NCBI GenBank assembly: GCA_030704615.1
Contig: CM060734.1
Location: 35,898,001-35,962,000 of the forward strand
Origin: Takakia lepidozioides
Taxonomy: Eukaryota > Plantae > Bryophyta
Length of the DNA: 64,000 bases
Reading direction: 5' to 3'
A program made the translations under genes and the position numbers. This document shows positions 54,449-64,000 of the stretch, one piece after another (within the stretch, counting starts at the first letter, position 1; each line of letters starts with the position of its first letter). The notes under the pieces were generated by a model, which was not told where the DNA came from, searched no databases, and saw nothing but the letters and a program-made list of their open reading frames with translations.

Positions 54449-55835
54449 ATGTCTGATGTAGCACCGAAGGAAGGCAGGATAGTAGTCACAGTGAATGACT
54501 TGAATTATGGAATCCAAGATGTTGCCTTTGAGGCGAAAGTGTTGAACAGATATAGCACCTTTGATCAGATTGCCAACAAGACCATGGAAGATCCAGGTTA
54601 TGTTTACTTGCACTGTGATTTGCTAGATAAGACAGCCTTGACCACAGTCACTTTGAGAGTGAAGTCACCCTTTATAGAAATGCATGAGCACTCTTTGCAA
54701 AAGGGAATGTATGTGAGGGTGGAAAATTTCGGGATGGACTCAAAATCCAAAAGAGGTTTTGAGAAAGGCGATATGTATGTGGTCATAACAGTTGAGTCAA
54801 CCACAACCGTGCCTTCAATTCCTACCTTTGAACCTGAGTTGATTCCCATGTTTTTCCACACGAATTCCATAAGAGAGTTCCGAGCCTCTCTTCAGAATTG
54901 GGCATGTGTCACCCTTGCTGTCATTGTTACTGCAGTAAGGGGGGAGGACAAGATACGAAGGGTGAAAAACAACTAATGATTGCAGATGAAGAGGGAGAAT
55001 TTGACCAGGATGTTCATGCTATGGGGAGGAATTTCAAAACAGAATATGATCAAATCGTGGAAGCATACAATGCTGGCCAGTGTGTTATGGTCATAATCAA
55101 GAATGTTACAACAACGTCCAAAGGAGATCGGCATTTGAGAGCACAACCCCACACAATTTTCAGCAGGGTTGTTGATGAAAGCGTTCGAGCTCGTCTTCTT
55201 CATTTGCACAACAAATTTACCAGTACTCAGCCCACAGTCAGAGAGGTAAGTCATTATATCTTCCTTTGTTTGTATTGAATTTTTTGCTATCAATTCTAGT
55301 TAATCTGTACCTTATTCTAAAATAATGTAATCCCAGATTTTCTCAGGTTATCCGGGTGCTGTCCATACTCAGCCCTGCTGCCCCTCCATTTCAGAAAGTA
55401 TGTGAGCACTGTCGTGTATCAAATATCACCATCTCTCCGACCGGCGATGTTCATTGTAACGGCTGTCGTTTGAAAACAAAGTTCACAAGTCAGGTTTTCT
55501 CCGTGCCTCCATTGCAACCGACACTGAACCTGTGTTGCTAACCATTGAGGGCAAATGGCTCGAGGCAATCGTGCATATGGTAGAATCCGAGTTCCTCAAT
55601 TTTCCTCGTCCAAAACAGGTTCAGCTCCTCAACAGAATTCACATTCGTGGTAAATTTCAGTTGAGCCCCACATCTGCCCTTGATGGTTTTCAATAGGACA
55701 TTCAACAATCAATCCTTAAAACAGATTTTCCTGTGGATTTGGATGTAACCCCTTTGGTAGCTCGTCCTGGTCCATCGAAATTAGGACCATCTGATGATGT
55801 GCAACACGATGTGAAACGCAAACTTCACTTTTAAT
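54449..55835 (+). pseudogene. RPA70-like OB-fold ssDNA-binding protein (Helitron cargo), frameshifted; intron about 55246-55346
   Basis: OB-like segments (FEAKVLNRY...LHCDLLD...LQKGMYVRVENF), a C4 ribbon (CEHC...CNGC), and position upstream of the Rep-Hel gene. Confidence 0.6.
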
Positions 55836-56368
55836 GATCTGGAATCAATTTCCAGTCAGAAAACCTCCTAAACACTTGGTGTTTTTGAAAATAATTTTTA
55901 GTGCATCATCCTTGCTGTTCTCTTCTCTTTGAGATAAGCAGCTTGTGATGTGAAAAACTTTTATATTATAATTTTGTAGCCCTTACTATAGTATTTTTCC
56001 CATTGTTGTTTTCAGGGTACAAAGAAAGGTTTCGTATTATATATAGTTTTCATTTGTAAATAAGTTCTTTGTACATGGTGGTTTTCACATCATCATATGT
56101 GATCAGTTTTCAACAATTCAAATGATATTCTAAGCGGTTATATACACAAAGCGGTTTCTATGTAAGCGGTTTTTATGTAAGCGGTTTCTATTAAATGGTC
56201 AAACTTATTCAAACCCAATCTTTATTGACAAAATACAGTTCATATTTACATTCATTTTTTAATTGGTTGCCGGGCAATATTTCAGTTCTCGGTCTAGTAT
56301 CCAGTTTTCAAATCTAGTTCTTAAATTTAAATCTAGTTCTTACATCTATTTAATTAAGATTCATAATA

Positions 56369-58418
56369 ATGGGCACAATTACACCGGATCTTCTTCATTC
56401 TTCATTTGATCATGTCTTACATTCATCTGGACTTCGTCTAGTTTCAACATATAAATATGAAGTAGGCAATTGTCTATTTGATTCTATTTCTTATCTATTA
56501 TAAAATGAAATGTCGTCTCTTCAATTGAGGCAAAACAGTATGACATATTTAAGTCAATGTTTATTATTAAATACAGAGAAAGCCCAACAATGTCGCATTC
56601 GAGAATTGAATCCAGATTTTTTGTTTGATTTACATCAAGGTGCCGTCTTAAATGAACATGAATATGTGAGAAAAATGTCACAAAGTGCTACAATTGGAGG
56701 TCTGTGGGGAGATTTCACTTCAATTTTCTGGATAGCAGAATATTTACAAAGGCCAATTTACATTTGGAATAAAGTATCAAAACATATAATGTCTCGATGT
56801 GGAATGGATTTTCAATCTAGCCCCTTACATATAGCTTACAATGGTCAACATTTTGAACCAATTGAGTATGCCAATGATGCACCTACGTCTCTACCTTTTT
56901 CTCAAACAAATGATCCTCAAGTAATCATAAATTTGGATGAATTTCCATCTCTCTCAGAATCAACAACACAACAACCATCTAGTCAATCTCCACAAACAAA
57001 GTTACGTTTCACTTGGAATGAAAAATTAGACTCTACATTGATGGACCTTTTGAAAAATAATTCTACTTCACAATTGGATTATATTGCCCCACTATTCAAC
57101 ACTTTTTGCAATACAAATATTACCCAAAAACAAGTTAAAAACAGTATTCAATACATTAAAAGAAAAATGAAACAGTGTCCCTCAGGTTTCATCTCCACCC
57201 CTTACAATTTCCATTCCAACAAGTCAACAAATTCCTAATATGCAATTGTCACACTCCTCTCCAACCATTACTTCCAATCCCACACAAGAAAAAATAAATA
57301 AATAAATCGATTGGACACTTTATGACAACAAATTTTTTGAATTATTACAAACTTGTCCAAATCTACCTTATTCTACAAAAGCATCCAAATTCATTAACAT
57401 GTTTCCAAATATTTAAAAGAACAATGTCACAAATTATTAATCACATGAAATATTTATATAATACAAATTCAAGTAAATTTGTCACCAATAGTGGTGTCCC
57501 TCAGGTTTCGTCTCCACCCATTTTAATTTCCATTCCAACAAGTCAACAAATCCCTAGTATACAATTGTCACACTCCTCTCCACCCAATATTTCCAACCTC
57601 ACACAAAAAAGAAAAAGAGAATATTTTGATTGGGCAGTTTATGACAACAATTTTTTTGATTTATTACAAACTTATCCAAATCAACCTTATTCTACAAAAG
57701 CATCCAAATTCATTAACATGTTTCCAAATATTAAACGAACAATATCACAAATTATTCATCACATGAAATATATATATATATATATATATATTAAAAATTC
57801 GCATAAATTTGTTACAAACAACAAAGTTCAATCACCATATATTGAATGCACTTCGGATGAGATCAAACAACCACCTCATGTGCAACAACATACTGAAACA
57901 AATGAACATGCACATAAATCAATATACATTGATATCTATAATGAACAAATTCAAGATGTTCCTATAATTCCTTGTTTTTGTTGTGAAAGGTTGTGCTTTT
58001 TAAAACAACTAAAATTTCTTTCAAAAAAATTGTCAAAAAAACTTTCCGTATACTTTCAAATTCAAATAGACCCTACATTATGCATATGTACAAGTTGTCT
58101 ACGTAACATTAATGAAGATAAACCGCCTTTGTATCAAGTATCAAATAAAATTTCTAGAAATAAAATCATTTCATCAGTCCAAAAACTAACACAATTAGAA
58201 GAATTCAAAAATTGGGCAACGCTTTTCTTAATGCTCAACAAATGTCTGCTCAACTTGCTGCTTATCTTGTGCTTTCTTTACCGTTATATCATTCATCTCG
58301 AGCTTTTAAATTTATAAACATTTCTCCTTATGAAGACCGTGCTTTTGTGTTAAAATCACAAGCCGCATTGAATCAACTAGAACCAGATTCAACTGATATT
58401 ATGTGTTCATCAATTGCA
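56369..58418 (+). pseudogene. Helentron Rep-Hel N-terminal part: OTU protease, Myb/HTH-like repeats, Cys-rich region, Rep C-terminal fragment
   Basis: GNCLFDSIS (then a premature TAA at 56501), LWGD and YNGQHFE form the OTU motifs. Also PCFCCERLCF...CICTSC...LTQLEE and KLGNAFLNAQQMSAQLAAYLVLSLPLYHSSRAFKFIN. Confidence 0.8.
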
Positions 58419-58468
58419 AAGTTAGAGCTTTAGGGCGTGAACTGACAGATGAGATGCCGCAGAGGTAG

Positions 58469-58600
58469 GACACATGAAAACCATCATGACCTAGAGTGGG
58501 TAGGCTGAATGATGGCTTTCATCCAATTCAGGCAGAGGCAAGACACATAAAAACCATCATGAACTAGAGTGGATAGGCTGAATGATGGATTTCATCCAAA
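58469..58600. repeat. Short direct repeat, 2 copies (~73-bp period)
   Basis: gacacat.aaaaccatcatga.ctagagtgg.taggctgaatgatgg.tttcatccaa occurs at about 58469 and 58542. Confidence 0.8.
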
Positions 58601-59600
58601 TGATTGTGATGATTTCCTTGATTCAAACTCAAACTCAAACTCAGGCCATGAAGACCATATGTGCCCCAAGAAAGCCCAACTTTCGATTGACTCATTGATT
58701 TGAGCAGGAGATTATAACCAGGGCGGGTCCAGCTCCTTGCATGCATACAATCTTTATGTGACATGTTGTTCTCTCATTTCTTATAAGTTTTACTTGCACT
58801 TAAACGAACCGGACAAACCGGACGAACTCAAATGGAAATATTCTCTAAGGAAGTTCCCAGACACAGGAAGATTGTAGGTTAGAATGAAAGAGAAGAAGAT
58901 ACGACGAATAAAGGGAAAATGTAGTTTGTTGTAAATTCTATTATACATGACTAAACAACACACATTTCAAGGGTAAATCATCCCATGGTTTTATATTCTC
59001 AATAGATACATGATGAAATGATCAAGAATGTATTTGATCATTTTGTAATTTGTATTTCTTCAACAACATTGAATCTTGAAGTTCCGTTAATTTCTATGAT
59101 GAGATATGATTTCCACTTGAAACAGATGGACTGATGGAATCAAGGTGTAACCATCTTGGTTCAGTGTTCTAACAACTAATCATATCTTGGTGGTCAATTT
59201 TTTTTACCTTAACATGTAATAAGATGTGTACGTATCCATAACAATTTAGTTATTTGTCTCTGTTTTTTTTTTTGGATGTTATTCTGCAAAGTGGTGACAA
59301 AGCCTATGAGTACAAGACTTCTTCAAACAACTTCAATACATTGTCTCTCTCTTCTTTATGAGGATAAGAGATATTTGGCAGCACATCTACATGTTGATTT
59401 TTTTCTTTTTGGGTCTCATAGGCTCTACTAAATATTTGGACCCTGAAAACCATTGAGAATTGTGTATAACGATCAAAACAAGCAGCTCCTCCACGAGAGG
59501 CTCTGTCCTAAAATTGTGTGTTATGTGAAATCTTACCAAAAAAAGAGTGTGAAATCCTACAAAGAAAAAGAGTAATCGTCATTGTTAAGATTGATCGTGT

Positions 59601-60374
59601 CTAGGTAAATAAAGATGTTAACGGTTCATTGATATATATTGGAAGTGTGTTTGATAGTTTGAATACAATATAAATTGGTTTGTGGAAATCTGGCCAATCT
59701 GCTTCTGTCACACCAGATTCGCATTCATTTCCAGGGACATTTGCCCATATGTGGTCTAGTTGAGATCCAACTTTTGTGGTGCTTCCACTAAACTGCGACT
59801 TTAATTTGAATTTATCCATGAAATCCAACAGTTGTTGTTTGTTTTTTGCATGGTTATTGTCTTCTAAAATGTCAACATTAAAATCCCCCAAAATGATAAT
59901 TGGACAATATTTGGGCGAATTTTGTATTAGAGCTTCAAGTTTGCTTGGGAACGTAGAAACTGTGCATGAATGAGCTCTATAAACAAATACAATATGTATT
60001 GTTTTTCGTGTATTGGTATTGAATGTGGCTGCTATGAATTCTGAGCCATTACTGGTTGTTGTATTGAAAAAGTTTAAGTTAATATGTATGTCATACATCA
60101 TCATTAACCCATGACCGTCATGGATTGAAACATATGAATACTTGGATGAATCTATGAATTTGTGCACATCGGTTGAGGAGTAGTGTATTCTTGTTTCCAT
60201 AAGACATGAGATGTGAGACATTTGGAGGTTATGATCATGGTTAATGTCTTCATAATGTAAAGTTTTTAATTGAGGAATATATGGTTTCCAAGTTGCAGTT
60301 GTTTTTAATCTTTTCATTTCTGTATGTACCCTTGGATCCACATAGAAGTTTTCATGTTGGAGAGGAGGCAACAA
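59601..60374 (-). pseudogene. AP-type (EEP) endonuclease domain at the Helentron C-terminus
   Basis: CLMET, VYRAH, ILGDFNVD, SQLDHIW, WPDFHKP. In frame after helicase motif VI apart from one premature stop. Confidence 0.85.
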
Positions 60375-62274
60375 AAATAGTTTTTCTTTTGTTCAAATGC
60401 GAGACAAAGCTGTATATGTTAGACCATGTTTTTTGACATTGGTAGGATCAAAGACTAGTTCATCCAGTGACAATCCTTCCGAGCGATGGATTGTTCTTGC
60501 TGCTGCAAGTTGAATTGGAAATTGTATTCTTGTTATGGTATGTGATTTTTACCGACTCTTATATCTTTGATAATAGGTTCAATTGGTGTCCATTGAGATT
60601 CAATGTCGTTAGTGAACAAATAATTGAATTTTCTCTTGTTAGTGTTCCAATCTTAGAGTTTTGAAACGCTATCCATATTATGGTTTTGTCACAATATGTT
60701 GTTGATGCTTTAAATATGCCGTCAGCTCCATTCACAAGACCATCAGATGTTGTGTAATTTCCAGCACATAATTCTACTAACATATTTTTTTTTATATGAA
60801 TTGCAGAATGCAAACCTGCGGTTTTGCTTGGATCGTTTGGAAGTTTGTAAGATGGCGGACATGATGAGTGATGAATGTCCGTTGCTTTGAAAACAAATGT
60901 GGGACCTGATGTATTAGCGAACACAGTTTCATTGTGTTTTCGTACGAATCTATTTGTATAAAACAAATATGGAATGATGAGATCTTTGGGTGGTTGTCGA
61001 TAACAAATTGAATTTATGAATTGTATATCTTCTATAGTTTGTAGTGATGTACGGAATCTATTCAAAGTTTCTATGAAAGGCATATCAGATTGTCTCATAA
61101 CTTTGTTTAGTTCGTAGCAATGGACATTTGTTTGCCAAAAATTTGGTGCTAATGCGTTAACATTGTCATTTATGTTTAAAAAGATCCAACTATCTTTCAC
61201 GGGGGGTGCTTGATAAAAATCGCCCGTCATGATCATATCAAGATTACCAAAGAATTTATTTTGTATATGTTTTATGGACCTTAATCGATTGTCTATAACG
61301 TTTAACATTCTAGCACCAACAAGTGATATTTCATCTATCACAACAAGTTGTAATTGTTCATATCGATTTGTAAGTCTATTTAATGAGTCTGATGATAGGT
61401 TTGGCAAATTTGATAATGATTGTTGAACAGGTATGTTTAATGCGGAATATATAGTCAAACCATCAATATTGAATGCAGCTTTACCTGTGGATGCCATGAG
61501 CAGAGCTTTGGTTTTCGTTAGGTCTGAGGATATATTTTTGTTATATAATCGCAATAAGCCTTGAATTATAAGTTTCAATATAAAAGTTTTTCCAGTTCCA
61601 GCACCCCCCGTGAGATACAAGCAAATTGGTGAATTAGGGTGCAATTTTTTCCTATGCATAATATCATCAAAGATTAGTCTTTGTTCTTCATTTAATTGTC
61701 TAACTAAACTACGATATTCATATTCGTCCATCATCATGGAATAGTCGGTTTTTGTGAAAATGTCATCTTCCGACATTTGCGACTTTTTATTAGTGGTTGA
61801 TTGAATTACAAAATCAGATCGTAAATCATATTGTTCAATATTGATTGTGTTTGTAATGGGGATTGAAGCATGTAAATTATTCGACTCACAATCCATGTCG
61901 TCATTCCAAATATTAGATGTATGCGATGATCTAGGTTTTTTTAAATCATTTACTTCCTCTATATCTGGATGTGACATTTTGTAGCTGAAAATAGATCTAA
62001 TTTTAGAAATTTCATCTTGCACTTGACAATATGCATCATACCATGTAATATTGGTTTGAAGTTGGGAATTTTCTGAGCCTCTAAATGGTGAATATAATAG
62101 AAGTTGTTCTCTTGACCAATTTTCAATATCTTTATGTTTGTTATAGTTAACAAACCTGATAATTTTGGGTTTGCGACATTTCGAGATTTTATTGTTTTTT
62201 ATGTTCATAATAGAGGCAAACTCAGCTAATGAGAATGATTCATAATGAGTAGCCCGGTTAATATATTTATCTGC
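60375..62274 (-). pseudogene. PIF1-family helicase of Helentron (frameshift near 60600)
   Basis: GGAGTGKT, VIDEIS, GDFYQAPPV, VMRQ, GLVNG, then FPIQLAAARTIHRSEGLSL and YTALSR in another frame. Confidence 0.9.
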
Positions 62275-64000
62275 TGCTTTTCTTCTTTGACTGCTGCCAT
62301 CTCCCTCATGTTGGATTGGGAATTTTGAGATCTTCAAACGAGCCGTCCTCACAATAATGGATCACACACTGCCACTATCATCTTGACAAATGCTCCTATG
62401 CCTATTCAATTCCCACGGTTTCTCAAATCTTTATTGAGACGTATCCTCACCACCTCCCTCTATTTTCAAACCAGCCCAACCGCTCCTAAACGATGCAAAA
62501 TATTAACCATGATCCACAAGTTGGGCTTTGGTACACCCTTTCTCCAATATACAAAGTCCATCTTGTCGTGGCCCTTCAAGTGTGTGGACAACAATACTAC
62601 CCATGGCTCCTTCCAACTACACATGCCCAAACAAGTTGTACCCATATGGTATAAATCATTGAATATATTGTCCAAAGGCCTACAAAACCTTCAATATTTT
62701 AAACAATCATGGTAGATGCAAGACTCTATGAGTCTGCATCGGCTGAAGAGCAGAGTGTAATAGACAATCGAACCAACAATGACCTCACATTCTTCGATTT
62801 GTGCCCCAGATTTATATTCTCCTCTCGATGAGAAAGCTCGACTGAGAGTGCATGTCAAGTCTAGAGATATAAATGTAAATCAGACAAACCAGTAAAATTT
62901 CATTCTTCATATACTGCCCACATGGTTCATCCATCACTAATCTCGACTTTCTTATTGGCATCTTCGAAGTCAACTTGTTCCTCCCTACACCCACAAATGC
63001 TTGTTCGGTTTAACGAGTATCACATGGGAGAACATGTGTGCATTTGAGGATTGGAGAGAACATAACCACCGACTATTGGGTGACATTTCATAATCTCTTG
63101 GCAGACAGAAAGTGTAAATTGAGCCTTTTCCTTCTATCGCTTATACTAATGATACAACAAGATGCCCGCTTCTTGAATCACTTGTTTACTATTACTTTTT
63201 AGAATTTAAGCAAATGTCTCGCTTATTATCAGCTTGCACCTCCTTTCTGTTTTGTCTACATGACATAGGCAAAGCAACTCTTCTTTTGTACAACAAACTT
63301 CTTGTACTTACTCTGATGCATAGTGGAATAATGGACTTGGATAGTGAAACTCATGGACAATATTGTTGGGCAAATATCAACAACACCAAAAGTTGCGCAA
63401 GCTACAACCATAGTGCATGTCTACACCCCACTATATGTCTAGACTATGTAATTCTTCGTAAAGTCGACTTTTCTTTATATCAACATGCTACAACAATCCT
63501 AATTAGAAAAGTAAAATTGGTTATTACATATTTCAGACAGTACATGTCAGTTAAACAACAAAGATTGATGCAAAGGTTTCAAAAGATGACATTAAGTGGT
63601 TCAACAAATATGAATGTTATAGCTTTAAATGATATTGTTTTGAAGAATTATAATATGTATGAACATGTATTTAATGCTCATATTATTTTGTACATAACTT
63701 ATTATATAAGAATATCAACATAATAATGAAGAATAATGAACAACAGTATTGATGAAAATTTGTGTAATCTCAATAGTGCAACGATTGTTCATATCAATAA
63801 CAAATTGGGTTTTATTGGAATATACGTTGAGCACATCAATATATTAAGCAATGTAGGTTATTTTGTTTTGTTTTCTTTGTCACGTTGAGATATCCCAGAT
63901 CGCAAGGTCTTTGCTCAAGTTCTTAATACCGTTGGAAAGCCATTGATAAGAGGCGGTTTCATAAATTATGGACCTATGATGTGGGAGATATATAATGTCA

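Larger units (their letters stand above)
54100..62274. mobile_element. Decayed Helentron (endonuclease-bearing Helitron), 3' half inverted; boundaries approximate
   Basis: RPA-like gene, OTU, Myb-like repeats, Cys-rich pre-Rep segment and Rep C-terminal segment on +. PIF1 helicase fused to AP endonuclease on -. Confidence 0.8.

Noticed and set aside
62275-62352. N-terminus of the 597-aa helicase ORF
   Set aside because: It lies beyond the inversion breakpoint in unrelated flanking DNA.
62500-62570. LINE RT-like peptide MIHKLGFGTPFLQYTK
   Set aside because: A single short motif with no other RT motifs nearby.
63214-64000. AT-rich ORF fragments, with weak resemblance of GGFINYGP to a methyltransferase motif
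   Set aside because: No recognisable domain, and the region is truncated by the window edge.

Overview
Eukaryotic nuclear DNA from a land plant, most likely a bryophyte: the 5S pseudogene follows the moss/liverwort-type 5S sequence, and there are PLS-PPR, Helentron and Crinkler-type relics. Six intact host genes were reconstructed by hand from splice sites: a CUE-domain protein (+, 1840-3947), an EGY1-like M50 metalloprotease (+, 5027-10819, one GC-AG intron), ELP4 (-, 12514-15508, with a U12-type AT-AC first intron), Sec61beta (-, intronless), RPS27 (+, head-to-head with Sec61beta) and an MTM1/SLC25A39-like mitochondrial carrier (-, 47229-51651). Between them lie repeat-rich blocks: a tRNA-derived SINE with TSD, a 5S pseudogene, two non-autonomous piggyBac-like elements (TTAT and TTAA TSDs), a CACTA-like end, a gag-protease LTR relic, a Crinkler-type REase relic and a LINE-like fragment with a 2A-like motif. 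An AT-rich decayed gene fuses a pyruvate-kinase N-terminal exon to a long low-complexity region with W-S/T-x-V-S-Y-G repeats. A Ty1/copia element has intact LTRs and TSD but an interior shuffled into five segments (A+ D- B+ C- E+). A decayed Helentron (RPA-like, OTU, Myb-like, PIF1, AP endonuclease) has its 3' half inverted. All calls come from reading the sequence; no searches were run.
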